A stretch of 64,000 bases of DNA from Octopus vulgaris (GCA_951406725.2 OX597823.1:68572001-68636000); one strand, 5' to 3'. Counted from the stretch's first letter, positions 39,513-54,196 are shown. The notes: a model not told the origin generated them from the sequence alone. Numbers and translations are program-made.

Positions 39513-41364
39513 CTGATTCAGGTTAGATGAGAGATTTCTAAAATTCTACCCTATCTCAAAATGATGAAATTTGAAATAAAAAGTTGAAAATCATCATTTA
39601 TAAAACAAGCTGCTGGTTCCAAGTAAAAGCTTAAAGGTTATCCTAGATGATTTTAAATTGTATCATGAGGGCAATTGCAATAATATTTGTTACCCCTGGT
39701 AACAGTTGTTGAGAAAGAAACATTCTCACACCATTTTTTTTTTCTTTCTTACAGAAAATAATCAGAAATGATTATTGTGAGGAGAAAATTATATTTGATG
39801 AATTCTGCTACGACCATTTCAAATGGAATCTAATAACTTATTTCTATAGAATATAATGCAACTTCCTCTTGAAATTAAAGTATTTCTTGTTTGTCTAAAA
39901 ATCATTAAAATTTCCAAATTTTAACAGATCAGTAGTCTTCAGAATTTCCAATGCTGAAACAGCAATAATGTCAAAAAGTCATTAATTGTAAAATGTGCCA
40001 ATCATCCTAAATAAAGAATCAACACTTACCCTGGATGACTGAACTCATGAAGACTTGAGAATTTAAAGAAATTTTCTTCTATCTCATGAAAATATGTTCA
40101 TTAGAACATCCAAAATTGAAGTAACAAACAAGGAAATTTATCAATTTCAAATGTGCAGGTTACTGAAAATGAAGGATTAAAGTTTACCCTGTACTTACAC
40201 TATCTAAAAATCCTGTAAGTCCCAACAGGACTGCTATTATCAGAATGCCTAAATTATTAGTAATGACACAGTTGAAAATTATTCTAAAATGTGAAGATAG
40301 TTGCATACAAGGAATGTAAATCTGAAAATGTCCCAGAATTTCTGCTCTATCTTAAAGTCACAAATATTTGCAAATTTCAACACAAGTGCAGTCATATGAA
40401 TTCCCAAATTCAAAGTTATATTATGAATAAAAATTTCTAAAATGTGATGGCGGCCTTAAATGAAGAACTGACTACCCAATTTACATTTGTAAAACTGGAA
40501 AAATTCAGAAATTCTAGGCTTCAAAAAATTCATCAATATCTCTATTACTGTTATCTTCAGAACTTTGAAATAACAAATCTGAAATTCATCAATTCTAAAA
40601 TATGTAAACAATGATAATAAAGACTTAAAAATGTTTTGCAACTGGTTTAAGTGTACAAGACTACAGAATAGCAAATAGCAACACATCCTTTCTTATAAGG
40701 CTTTGCAAATTTGTAATCATAACACTGAAAATTATCAATTTTAAGCAGTGCAGATAGTCCTACTTAAACAATTAAAACTTGTCTTAGCTAAATTAGTTGG
40801 GTTATTTCAGAAGGATTTCAAAAATTCTATCCCATCAGAGAATTATGGGAAGTTTCAAATTGCACTAGGTTAAAATTATCATCGGAAGATGTGCAAATAA
40901 TCCTAAATAAAAATTTATAGTTTCCCCGAGTTTGTTTAAGAGTTTGATAGAGAAAATTTTGAAATTTTTAACTGGAACACAGTCATTAGCCCTTAATTTA
41001 AAGTAAAATATATTTAGAAATTAGGAATTTAGAATTTCGAATATAGTTCTAAATAAACACTTAAATTTTGCCTTAAATTTACAGAGTAAATTTCAGAAAT
41101 TTTACCGTCTGAAAATCACAAATATAATGTATGGGTTTCATCATTAAATTTCCTAAATTTCAAACTGCAGTGGTGAGAATTATGAATCCTAAAAGTTGTA
41201 AAAGATAATGCTGTGACCTGTTTAGATATGTAATACTGGAGAAATCACACACAAGTTATACTTTACCTGAAAATACTCAGAATTTATAAATTTCAACAGG
41301 TTTACAAAAATCAGCATTGTACTTTGAAACATTATCAAAATAGAAAAACAATTGATAATTGACA

Positions 41365-41607
41365 AGTCCATTAACCCCTTGGGGGCCGTTGGGGCATTTC
41401 AGCCATGCAGTGTATCAAGGGTGAGAAAGTTTGGCAGAGCCCATCCCTCTCCAATCTAAACTCATTTCTACAGCTGAGTGGACTGGAGCAATATGAAATG
41501 AAGTATTTTGCTCAAGAATGCAATGGATCACCTGATCCAGTAATTGAAACTACAATCTTGCGGTCGTGAATCCAACACCTTAACCACTAAGCAATGCAAC
41601 TTCACTG
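41365..41607 (-). mobile_element. tRNA-derived SINE family C
   Basis: Reverse complement gtgaagttgcattgcttagtggttaaggtgttggattcacgaccgcaagattgtagtttcaattactgg (A/B-box-like), followed by ...gctccagtccactcagctg. Confidence 0.7.
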
Positions 41608-44600
41608 AAAAAAAAACCCTGCTAATTCTAAAATATGCTGACCATGCTAAGTAAAGAATTAAAGCTAACCCAATAAATTTAAAATTGTAAGACAAAAGCA
41701 ATTGCAATATCTGTAGCTTGCATGAAAATCGTAAACATTTAAAGATTTTAACAGACCAGCAGTCACCAAAATTTCCAAATTTGAAGCTGCAATAAACTCA
41801 AAAAAATTATGTCTAAAATGTGCAGATCATGCTAAATAAAGTGTTAAAGCTTGCTTCAGCATACTGAAATTAGTAAGACTGTAGAAACTATAGAAATTCT
41901 CTGAGAAATCATGAAGATTTGAAAATTTCAATGGATCCCCATTCATCTAAATTCTCAAGATTAAAGTGACAATAAAATTGAAATTTATCAATTCTAAAAT
42001 GTGCAGATGGCCCCAAAGAAAGAATAAAATCATGTCATGGGTAATTTAAATGAGTAGAGAGAGTTCACAAAATCCTTTTTCTATGAAACTCATGAAAAAG
42101 TTCAAATTTCAACACAACAGCAGTTATCATAGCAGAATTCCCAAGTTTGATGTAAAATAAAAGTTAGGAACTATCAATACTGAAATGTGCAGATGGTTCT
42201 AAAAGAATTAAAGTTTGCCTTGGGTAATTCATATCTGTATGACTGAAGAAAGTTCAGAGATTCTACCATATCTTAAAATCATAGAATTTTCAGTAGTCAC
42301 TGTCATTAAAATTAAAAGAAGCAATAAAGTTGAAAATAATCAATTCTACTGGAGAAATTACAAGAAATTAGTCCTAGCTGATAATCTAGGAAATTTGCAA
42401 CTTTTGAAAGTTTCACTGTCATCGAAATTCCCCAATGTGAAGTAATAACAAAATTTACCATCACCAATTCTAAAATGTGCAAATGTTCCTAAATAAAGAA
42501 TTAAAGCTAAGCTTCCCCTTAATGTATGCAAGAGTGTCAGATGGGGGAAATCAGGAAAATATCAACAAGAAAGCTGCCAAAAGAATTCCCACATTCTAAT
42601 AAGAAATAAAGTTGAAAATTTTAAAAAGTGTAGATGGTCCCCAATAAAGAATTGAAGTCTGCTTTGTCTGATTTAAATGTAAAAGTATAGATATTTTAAA
42701 AACTCTCCCTCACCTGAATAATCATGAAAATTTCCACGTATCAACAAATTAACAATAATGAAGTCCAACATTTTCAATAATAAAATGTGATTTAGAACTT
42801 ATTCTGTCTCATTTAAACTAGTGACAGTGATAAAGTTGGAGAAATTTTGCCATGTCCACATTTATTGGTGTTATTTCAAATTTGAATTAATGATGATGAA
42901 AATTCTGAATTCTGAAATGCGAATATAAGTAAAGAATTTAAGCTTATCAGACTGATTTAGATGTGTAACACTGGAAATATATTGGAAAATCTACACCATA
43001 AAAATCTGAAAATTTCAGTCAGTAAGAGGTCATTAACATTCATAAATTTTAGAGGTAACAACAAAGTTGAAAAAATCATCAATTTTAGCCCTTTGTTCTG
43101 TGTATCACACGATACATTGGACATATTCCCTTGGCATCCATACATCACATATAATATATTTTTCTAATTTAGCTCAACCACCAGAATAACTTTGGAATAT
43201 GAGATAAAAGCTTTATATTACTCAAAACATATGTTTCAACACAACTGCAGTTATCATGGCAAGGATTAACTAGCAGTCTGATAATAAACATGGGTGTTTA
43301 GGAGAAACATATGAAAATGCTTTTGACAAGCAGATGGTAATGGCTTTGACAAGCAGATGGTTATTGTGCAAATGATAATCGAATTTCTGAAATGTATAGT
43401 TAGTTCTGCATAAAGAATTAATGCTTGTCATGCCTAGATTTAAATGACTAAGTTACAGGAAGTTCAAAAAAAAATCTACACTAATTAGAAACCACAAAAA
43501 TTTGAAAATATCAAGTCATCAGAATTCTATAATTTCATGTAACCACAAAAATGATCAATTCTAAAAATTTCAGATAATCTTAAAGAAATTCAAATGTATT
43601 ATTAAATTCAAAATAAGAACAAATTTGAAAATTATAAATTCTAAAATGTGCAGGTAGTTCTAATAAAGGATTAAAGCTAGAATTGGCTGGTTTACTTGTG
43701 TAGACTCTGATAATTTCAGAACTTCTGTTCTATCTAAAAGTTATGGAAATATCAATAGAATCATTCTCATGAGAATTCCCAAGTTTGAAACAGTAATAAA
43801 GTTGGAAATTATCAAATCTTAATATGCTGGTAGTCCTAAATAAAGGATTAAATCTTGCCCTGCTTGATTTAAATGTGAAAATCTGAAAAATAAGGGAGAC
43901 CTCTCCATTGTTTTTACTATTTTTTTTCAAGGCAAACATTAGGACATAGAAGATAGAGTAGATAATCAATAGGATTAAGGGAAAGGGAATATGAATATAA
44001 AGAGTGAAGGTTGGTAGAAGTACTGGAAGAGTGATAGCTACATTTTAGTTGTTGGTAAGGGGACAGGATATGAAACAACAAGAGTAGCATGACAGCATTG
44101 TAATAAAATAGATGATTAACAGCAAGGTATGATTTAAAGCTATAGAAATATGCTATTGTAAGAGTGGTAGATTCCATTGAAGAGTAACATGGGGGAGAGA
44201 GATTGATGGTTGAAGCTAAAGGGTAATAGTAGAGGGTACTGGATAAGGATACATTCACTGGCATCACACATTATACAAGTAACATGAAGGAAGAAAGGTA
44301 GTGATATCAGTTTGATGGTAAGAAAGGTGTCAAGTGCTAAAGGATGATGATGGAGAAAACTGAATAAGGACAAATCAAATACCATTCCTTGTTACACAGG
44401 TGGCATAGGCAGGGTGAGAGATCAATGACAGTGTATCAGCAAAGGTAGGAGATAAAGACTTAATATGGATGAGTGAGCCAAAGCTTAATAGGAGATTATA
44501 CAATCCAAACTCCATTACAACCATTTTGATAATTGTCTGGCTAAGTTTACTCTGGTAGGTGGATCTTCTCCACCACTGCATGTCACCACTCATCATTGTC

Positions 44601-45384
44601 CCTTGTTATTTTTGTAAGGTTTAGATTCTTGAAATTAGTCTTCATTACTTCATCCTGTCCTTCTATATCTCCTATTTGCACGTGTTTTACATACTTCAAG
44701 CTCTCGTCCACTTATTCATACAGTTGTCATTCTCTATATACAACAAATCCGTTTACCAGTGTGATCTTCTCTTACTGCACTATTTGTGATTCCTCTAATA
44801 TTTGGTTATCCTCTCTACTTATTTATGCTCTTTTGTCCATGCTTGCTTGCTGAACACATGCAATAGAGTATGATTGCTATATTTCTTTCAGATAAACACA
44901 AATCTTCTGCATTCATAACAATTATCAAAATATATTTTTACATTTAATTCTTAATATTAAACAAGGTTTGTCAACTAGCAGACACTAATTTGTGTTTTAA
45001 GCAGTTATATTTATATAAGTATGTGTCAAATGATAGTTTCCAAATACACCTCAAATGACTTTTAAAACTAGAAAACAAACACTGAACTATGTTGTTTATC
45101 CAGTATGCTTGGATTAATATCCTTCATTGAGAAACAAAATATAATGTTTAATTGTGAACTCAAATAATCATTAGAAAGTGGTGTAAATGACTGATTTATC
45201 CAGATTAAGTCAACATTTAAAAATGAAACCTAAATTGCTGGTTGATGCTATTATTATAGTTGACAATGTAGATGGTTAAGCATCTTCCAAAAACAAAAAA
45301 AAATCAATATATTATATTTTGTTGTTACAAAGTAGAAGATACTTGTGAAAATTATATTACTAAGAACTTCATGTTGGAATATCA

Positions 45385-45770
45385 CCATTATCACATAATC
45401 AGTTTGCATTTGTTTTCTGTGCTGGCATGGATTGGATAGATTCACATGACCTGAATCAGTTTGTATTTGGGGTTACTGTTCTTCTAGATCATCTGGAAAA
45501 TCAAGTTTCACTTGTACACTTCATTTTTGGTTTTGGTTTCTATGGGTGGATATCTTTTATAACAGCAACCATTTTACAGTGTAAGCTAGGTACATTTTAT
45601 CATGACACCAGCACTAGAGAGGTTGTCATATCCTTGACAAGACAAACATAAAGGGTGAAACTGATATGTTTTCTCTGCTCATTCTGCAACCACTTAACAG
45701 GGTGCATTGAATGCAATTTACTATGGCACCAGCATTAGTGCAGTTACCTTGAAATCCCAAAAGACAAAAT
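45385..45770 (-). mobile_element. Degenerate RTE tail-derived repeat
   Basis: ttttctgtgctggcatggattggatag...ggtttctatgggtggatatc...catgacaccagcac, as in 1423-1790. Confidence 0.5.
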
Positions 45771-46119
45771 ACTCCTAACTAAATGTTATCACTGATCATT
45801 CCAGATAACTTGATTATTAGAATCGGTAAAAAAAAATGGTGCTTGCAGAAGATGAACTAGGATTGGTGTTACAGCATGGTAAAATAGATAGAAATGGAAG
45901 AGATAATGGCAGCAAAAAAAAAAGAGAAAGGGAGAAAGAGAACAAATGATTGGTAGTTGTGGAAACGGTTGCAGATGAGAGAGTGTGATGGATATCAGAA
46001 AGGTTGGGGAGCAGCCAGAAGTATATAGGGCTGATGTTTGCTGGTGACAGAAAGCATGATAGGTAGTTGAGATAGCAATAGTGGTAAGAGTATTGCTTAT
46101 GAACAAATCAAAAGTTTTT

Positions 46120-46347
46120 GTTGAACACGTTCATTATCAACATGGCTGAAATCGGCTCTGGCTCTGAAGTACAAATGTCTTGTTTTCATAATTTTTTAAT
46201 TTAAACCGCCTACCAAACCTTAGTCACAACTTATGTTCTGAACACTAATTTAATGATGACCAAGTTATTTTACTAAATTCTTTGTTATATTTTGAATAAC
46301 TAAAGAAACAGAGCATCTCAAAATAAATACGGAAATGAAAGGGTTAA
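46120..46347. mobile_element. piggyBac-like MITE remnant
   Basis: Right end aaagggTTAA fits a CCCT TIR plus TTAA target. The left end is degenerate (ttgaacacgttc). Confidence 0.45.
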
Positions 46348-49300
46348 TACATGACTGGCATGATATACTGAACAGAAGATAGGGTGACAGTTCAGACACT
46401 ATCAAATAGGCAAGAGAGTACCGTCACTGAGGAAGTGATCTGAGGGAAGGGAAGTAATGGCAGGCTTTACAGGGGAGTAAATGGAGGGATTATTGGATGC
46501 AAACAGGATTAATGCAATCCCTTCTTATTCAGGCAGCTTTATAGATGAGAGAAAGAGAGAAAGAAAGGAAGGGAGGTACATATATTCAGATCTAAAGATT
46601 TTTTCCTTATTACGTGTGTGACATAATGAAGTGGAGAAGATAGATGAAAGGCAATGAAATAGACAAGAGGGACAGCAGATGAAAAAAAAAAAAAACATCC
46701 AGATGTGGATATATATTATCTATTACAGCTTAATCATCCTTTTCTAGTACCCGATATCATCAATTTCAATGTTCTTAGTCATCTTTTTCATGAAACAAAA
46801 AATCTAGAGATGGCAGCTTCTGTTTACTCAGAGCATGTAGAGTTAAGACTTTAGGAACAAAAAAAGCAGTTTTCATTGCTGCCCTAAAGTGCTAAGCAAT
46901 GGACATGATGATAATTATGAGGACTTGCTAATAAATTAATTTGTAGAAATGTTGGTGGAATAGAGATAAATAGCAAATCAGGATTTATTTAGTCGCTCAA
47001 AATAAAATTGTGAAAAGAAACTAATTTCATCAGCAAAAGTCACAAATTAGCATTAACTTCATTAAGTGTAAGGTTTAGTATGTTATTGCTCCCTAATCTA
47101 AATCATGCCACTTCAAAAGATTCAGTAGAGTTTTGCAGACATATGCATATATACACTGCTATGCAGCACAATCATATGAAATGTTTTTAACAAATTACTT
47201 TATGTTTAATCTGTACAGTATTCTGTATTTCTTGAAATAATTGTTTGTGGAATTTATAACATTTTTAATATGCATAAAAGGAAAAAATTAATCAAAAAAG
47301 ACAATGGAAATGCAGATTTTTTTCTTCTACATAACTAAATTTTGTAAATAAACAAAATTCTTAATCATGTCTATATGATGGTGTACATTAAGTTCTATAA
47401 ATTAGCAAGTGTAAATTCATTTACGAACATTATTAATGACTGAAATTTCACTGACTTGAGAGCAGCATTTTTTTCATAGTGTGTGTCTAAATTTTATTTT
47501 TAGTTCCTTATTTGAAAGCTGTAAATGTTTCATGATAGCAGATATCTAATACGATTAAACAGATAAAAAATTTACAAGAAAAAATTTCAAAGCCATGAAT
47601 TGGAAATGATATTGAATTTAAAGAAATAAAGTTGGGTAGCTTATTTGAGAACTAGTGTTTAAATATAATTAAGAAATTTAAATGAATTTTTGCTTTAACT
47701 CTTGAAAAAGTTTTACAAATAAATAACCAAAAATAATGAAGAAAAAGCAAAAATCTTTACTTCATTTCTTAACCATCTAACTGTGATACTTTAGCAGTTC
47801 CATCATCTTACGCATGTTACATGTTTAATTTTTGCACTTTTGGAATCTAATATATGTTTGACCTTGTCCCTCCATGTTAGGTTGGTCTAGCTACATATTT
47901 TGTTCACTATCTAATTGTAAAGTAGAGTTTATGTGGATTTGGGAATTCTATCTAATTTTCTAAGCTTAGAATGTTGTGGCTTTCAACTCACCATTATTTA
48001 TACTGTATCTATTTTGGTATGTTTGTTTATATGCCTTGTTTTATAATAACAACTTGCTGCATGTTTTTCTTTCTAGCTCATTAATTTGTGGATTCATTGA
48101 CTTGCACAAATATATTTAAAAAATTTTTTAAGAAATAGATGTTAATTCAATGCATGGTTACTGAATTTTGCTTTATGATAATATCTACTATAATAATCAT
48201 TTTGAAATTTAAGCAATGAGTGTTTTAAATTAGCTGATACCTAAAAGATGAAATCACTCCTACAAGTAAGCATTGCACAATTGAAAATGCAAAACTATAT
48301 AATGATCATGAGTGTAATTTTAATTTATAGACAAATGAGGAGTTTAAAATACTAACTTTGCCAGTTAACATCCTGAATATGTGAGAAAAAGAAACATTCT
48401 CTTCAAGGTTACATAAAAAAGAAAATATATCTGAAATCAATTAAACCTATTCCTGCATTGGCAGTCATCCCATTACTAATCCAGTTGAGCATCTGTCATC
48501 TAAACTAGATTGTAAAACTTGATATGCAAAATTAAACTCATAATGTATGGCTGGTATAAAAAGAAGAGAGTAATTACTATCTAAGTTTCTACCTTGCTTT
48601 GCTTACTAATTGAACAGATAACTGGTATGCATATCAGGGATTCATATATTTGTCATTCATAATTTAATTTTATAGTATTTGACAGGGAAATGTAAGTTCA
48701 ACAAAATAAAGAACACAGTGACACCCACACAAGATATCTTTCCATTCCATTAACCAGTCAAACATCAGAATGTGAGTTTACAGACTTTGATATGAATATG
48801 TAATTCCAGTTACATGTAGTAGACAGTATTTCCAGATAAGCAAATCTCTGTATCATTAAATATATTACTGATGTCTGAAAAAGCTGGCTTCCATCAAAGG
48901 GACATTCACATTTCTAATTGGAAATTTTACCATTTCAAACAGGACCAACAAATTTTGGTCTATACTTTGAGTTAATACTATGATAAATATGAATATTGTA
49001 TATGTTGCCTCCCTTGCATGTGATGTGTATGTGTGCGTGTGTATGTGTACATGTATATTTAAATACATATCACTATATCAAATGCACTTCCAATTCTTTT
49101 GTGATTGCATTATACTTTTCCATCTTGGCCCAAATCATTTAACTAAATTCTCTTCACCAAGGAAGACCATCACTAACCATTAAGAAAATTGTGCTTTCAG
49201 ACAAATTTAAACTTAACACTTGTGGCTCTACTGGTGACTAATAAGTTATGCTTTTGATAAACATATGCATCCACAGACATAACAGACTGAGCTTGCCCCA

Positions 49301-49419
49301 TTCACTACACTGGTAGTATGTTTTCGAGTAGTTCACTTCATTCTACATGAAAAATGTGTTTTGCGATGAAGCATGGAATATAGAAGTAGAAAGAGAGATA
49401 GAAATACACTGCTGACTGT

Positions 49420-49640
49420 AAAGTTGTTAGTGTAATTTAGTGTTAATATTTGAGCATAAAAAATGCTTAGTGGCATTATGTTTGTCTGTACATTCTGAGT
49501 TCAAATGTTGCTGAGGATGACTTTACCTTTCATCCTTTTAGATTCGATAAAATAATCAGTTGAGCACTGGGATTGATGTAATCAACTTATGCCCTTCCCC
49601 AAAAGAGCTGGCCTTGTGCCAAAATTTGAAGCCAATATTG
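49420..49640 (+). mobile_element. SINE family B copy
   Basis: aaatgcttagtggcatt...ttctgagttcaaatgttgctgaggatgactttacctttcatcc...ggccttgtgccaaaatttgaa. Confidence 0.75.
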
Positions 49641-50529
49641 TGGATGATAGCTGTGATTATGATGATTATACTGGAATGATTGTGGTAATGATAATTATGA
49701 TGCTGGTATTAATGTTAGTAATAATGATAGTGATGATGATGATAAGTTGTTTTGATGAAGATGGTTATATTGATGAAATGCTGTGAGTAGTGAAGGTGAT
49801 AGTGAATGAGGTGGTGCAGGTGAATATGATGGGAGTGAAGAAAAAGTACAGAGCACATCAAAGTGTAACTTTAAGCCTTGTTGCTAGGAAATACCACTAG
49901 AATGTTGTTGAAATTCAACTTGATTATTTAGTAGCAACTGAGCTCTTAAGTCAACCAATATTTATTCTGTTTCCATAGGAAAATATAATAATTTTCAATA
50001 ACTTTAGGTTACTGGATTTAGAATTTTAAGCTAACAAAACACTTGCCATTAATGGCTCTAAAGCTTTAAGTGGGGAATTATAACTCCCCATCCTATATAT
50101 GCGCAGTAAACAAGACCAACTTTTTTAGATTTAATTAATGTTACCAGAGATAGAGGATACTTGACAAGTATGTCAGACAACATGTCTTCATTTGCAATGC
50201 TAAAAACTGAACTTGACATACAGCTTAAGATGCAGTCCTGTATTTTAATATTTTAATTCAGTGGCTGTTCAAGGTTTAAAATGCTTTGTTGAAACTTCAC
50301 ATGGTTTTCTTAAGATTGAAGCTCTATATGATTAAGAAAGTGTAGCTAAAAAAGTATAAACTATTGTAACTGATAGAAAATTAGATAAGAGATATATCTC
50401 AAGTATACAGAATTCTTTTATGTGTGTCAGTCAGGTGGCTGTGGTCATGCTGGAGCACCACCATGAGAATTATACTTTCTAGAGAGATTATTCTAAATTT
50501 AGATTTTAAAACAATATAAGTACCAAATA

Positions 50530-50664
50530 TTCTTTTATTTTATTTGTTTCAGTCATTTGACTGTGGCCTTGTGCTGAACTGCTAAGTTACGGGGATGTAA
50601 ACACACCAGCACTGGTTGTCAAGCGATGTTGGGAGGACAAACAAAGACACACAAATATATACAC

Positions 50665-50711
<47 letters not shown>

Positions 50712-50873
50712 TATATATATATACGACGGGCTTCTTTCAGTTTCCATCTACCAAATCCACTCTCAAGGCTTTGGTCGGCCCAAGGCTATAGTAGAAGACA
50801 CTTGCTATGCAGTGGGACTAAACCTGAAACCATGTGGTTGGAAAGCAAGCTACTTACCACACAGCCACTCCTA
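50530..50873 (-). mobile_element. Family A SINE
   Basis: Reverse complement of 4796-5210 with small deletions. Confidence 0.85.
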
Positions 50874-50898
50874 TAAAATATTTTTTAATATCTAACTA

Positions 50899-52174
50899 CT
50901 GTAAAAACCCATGTAATTTTGCACTTTTTTCGCAAAAATAAAATAAACTTTAGTGGGTACATAAATTACATGAGTAGATCATTTCTAGAATATTTTTTGA
51001 AAGTTTTTTGTTGATAAAAGATGTACAAAACGTAAACATTCGTACCAGAAGTTGACTCATTTAATGTCAGACTAGGTTTTTACAGAAAAAATAATGGCTT
51101 AAATACAATGAAGTTGATTTTTATCTATGCTGGACAGTATAATGCTTACATCTTCTGCATAAATTTACTAAAACTGTTAAATGGTTAGCTACTTTTGGAC
51201 GTCTAATGTTCATGCTGGTAAACATGGTCTGGGCCATATTTTACATTGCTTGCAGTTTCTACCTATCCCAAGCACTATTGACATACACAGTGATATGGAT
51301 GTTCTTGACTGAAAAAAATGTAATGATATGGATAATTTTGATTGTATGTTTTTATTTTTGTTTATTTAATACTAGAGCACAGTTTTAAGTTTGTTGTACT
51401 ATTTACACCAATTTCGAACACTGGCTTCATTAACATTAAAATACCTTCTGGCAGCTCTATTGTCACATTCAAATGCATATTCAACATATTTAATTTCTCA
51501 TTTGCAGTAAACAATTCATAAGTTCTGCCCATACTGACAATAATGGTAATGACAAACTTTAAAGTTTGCTTGACATTTTATAAGTGTGAAAGGGATTAAA
51601 ATTTCAATACTCCGTATCAAAGGTTCCCAGAAGAATAGGCAGAAAAAAATTCTGTTTACATAATGAGTTTGATTGGTCACCTTCCTCTGTCAGTTGAGTA
51701 AAGTGTCATCCAAGGTGATGCTTATTGGTAATTAGACTTAATTTCAACACCTGTGCATATTTGTCAGCTTTGTTTTGTGAGTAATTCTTATCAACAACTT
51801 TTCCTCTGATTGTGATTTGAGAAGACATACAGCAGTATACTAAAGATTGAACATAATCTCTTGTGAGCAAGAAATGAAAAATAAAGTTTATTATAAACAA
51901 CACAAACATTTTATAATTTAATTGCTTTCAAAGTAATACCTGTTAAACAGAAATTATTTTTATTTAATGAAAATTTGATAAAATCTAATCATAAGTAAGT
52001 TAAATTATGCTAAATACAACTAAATTGAAAACCTTTTTCCCTTGGCTATATTGGCAATTCTGAAAACTTTTGGGTGCAAATTTTACAGGAATAGAAGCTT
52101 TTTTTTAACAAATTTTATCTTGAAAATCACCTGTATAAATTACACAGGTGCACAAATTACATGGGTTTTAATGG
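50899..52174 (-). mobile_element. Non-autonomous pogo/Tigger-like DNA transposon
   Basis: TA-flanked TIRs ctgtaaaaacccatgtaattttgcac / gtgcacaaattacatgggttttaatgg. Minus-strand HTH remnant DNRAARRYFNVNEASVRNWCK at ~51400-51470. Confidence 0.75.
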
Positions 52175-52347
52175 TAAATACTTTTCAATCACTGCTAACT
52201 TAGAATTGTTATTACTTTTTAATGTATTGTCATGTTTATTTTAAGTTATATTAACAAAAATAGATATGTAGAAAAAAAATTTAATTCTTAAAATGGAAAT
52301 TATAATTTTTAAATCTTTCTTTGAATTGTTCTAACTATAATAGTAAT

Positions 52348-52652
52348 GTGGAGGCGCAATGGCCTAGTGGTTAGGGCAGTGGACTCGCAGTCGCAGGATC
52401 ACGGTTTTGATTCCCAGACCGGGCGTTGTGAGTGTTTATTGAGCGAAAACACCTAAAAGCTCCACGAGGCTCCAGCAGGGGGTGGTGATCCCTGCTGTAC
52501 TCTTTCACCACTCTTTCTCCCACTCTTTCTTCTGTTGGCCTGCTCACTTAGCCAGTGGGGTGGCATCATTCGAAGGCTAAAACAATGCAAACGCATTGTG
52601 ACCAGCGATGTGTAACAACACCTGATGGTCTGGTCGGTCACGTGATCACGTG
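52348..52652 (+). mobile_element. Young tRNA-derived SINE family D with target-site duplication
   Basis: A-box tggcctagtgg, B-box-like ggttttgattccc, CpG-rich. 11-bp TSD ataatagtaat at 52337-52347 and 52653-52663. Tail tcacgtgatcacgtga. Confidence 0.9.
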
Positions 52653-53549
52653 ATAATAGTAATACTAGCAGACATTTTCAAAAGGTTTTCCTTTAATGTT
52701 TTAAATAGTACTATTGTAAACATTTAGACCTATATTTCTCATTTGAGAACCTATTTTTATCTCATAAGAAATATATAAAATCAAGGAAAGAAGTAAGGAA
52801 AAAATAGTAGGAACATTAAACTAATGTCTTCTATTACACAGTAAGTATTTTGCTCAAAAATTATTTGTTCACTCTCTTTTAGATAGAATGAATGCTCTTA
52901 TGAGATAAAAATATCCAGATATTTTTAATGCCCACAGTATTCTGGTCACTATAACTTCTACGAAGGAATTACATAGAAAACTTGCCCATTATAATTACAA
53001 TTTACACCAAATAATCTTCTTAACACACTTAAAGCCTCAGCACTCTAATATTTAAAACCACTTAATAATATACAAATTATAACTGTATTCCAGATCCAAT
53101 CTCTCCAAAACATTAATAGGCAAAATAGAAACTACATCTCTTGGTACATTCTGTCTATCTTGCCTTCATGCTGTTGTGCATTATCGTCTTGAAATGATTT
53201 TTCAAAAGATGTTCTCTTCTCTGAGTTTAAGAATAAAGAAAATAGTTTTGATTACCCCATGCCTTCAGTTCTAGAGATTCTACCTCAAGATAGTGACTAA
53301 TTGTTTCTATGCATCTGCAACACCAGCAAAAGTACATGTCTGACATATATCTACGAGCAAAATAAATGCACTTCAGATCGTTCGTTAAACAGTAACCCAC
53401 TGTACAATACAAACAAATATGCCCTATGCCCTAAAGAAATAATATTTCATTACCTAAATTAACAAAACATTTATAACAAAGAAGTGCAGGTTAGTGAATA
53501 AGATCATAATTGCTTTCTTAAAATAAATGAGATATGAATAGGCTAAAAG

Positions 53550-53946
53550 AATTCTTTTCTTTTATGTGTTTCAGCCATTAGATTGTGGCCATGTGAGAGC
53601 ACCACTTGAAGAACTTTTAGCCGAATGAATTGACTCAAGAAATTCTTTTTTTTTTATGCATGGTACTTATTCCATTGGTGTCTTTTGCTGAACTGCTAAG
53701 TTACAGGGATGTAAACAAGGGATGTAAACCAAGACCAATTGTCAGATGGTGATGTGGGACAAACACACACACACATACACACACACACATGACAGACTTC
53801 TTTCAGTTTCTGTAAAACCAAATCTACTCACAAGGCTTTGGTTAGCCTGAGGTAATAGTAAAAGACACTTGTTCAAGATGTCACAATAATGGGACTGAAT
53901 CATGTGGTTGGTAAGAAAACTTCTTACCACACAGCCACACCTGTGC
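53550..53946 (-). mobile_element. Family A SINE (degenerate)
   Basis: cttctttcagtttctgtaaaaccaaatctactcacaaggctttgg...cttaccacacagccacacctgtgc. Confidence 0.8.
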
Positions 53947-54196
53947 ATATAATCATTGTTTGAATCAGAACATATGTATCCTAATATTTTATAGAACTTA
54001 GAATAGTGAATAGTAACTCTGAAGAATACAGCATAAAATGCCTGGCCATATTTAGCTATGTTCTTTTCTGTTCTGAGGACAGGGAGAACAAGAACTGGTT
54101 TATTGCTTAATAGAAGATTCATGGCTACCTCATCTTATACACTGGTGTTTGGCAGTAGAATGTATGGTGCTGATAAGAGATAAATATAGTGGTGAT

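Larger units (their letters stand above)
38680..43890. repeat. Degenerate tandem satellite array, units ~150 and ~180-187 bp
   Basis: Motif aattctaaaatgtgcagat..tcctaaataaagaattaaagct recurs at ~38835, 38982, 39990, 40148, 40287, 40438, 40597, 40745, 40888, 41630, 41815, 41995, 42182, 42472, 42625, 42912, 43641 and 43820. Confidence 0.8.

Noticed and set aside
38680-43890. Satellite read as a decayed leucine-rich-repeat gene or a CRISPR-like array
   Set aside because: The conserved motif has stops in all plus frames and unit lengths do not keep frame. Whole units are homologous, with no unique spacers or cas genes.
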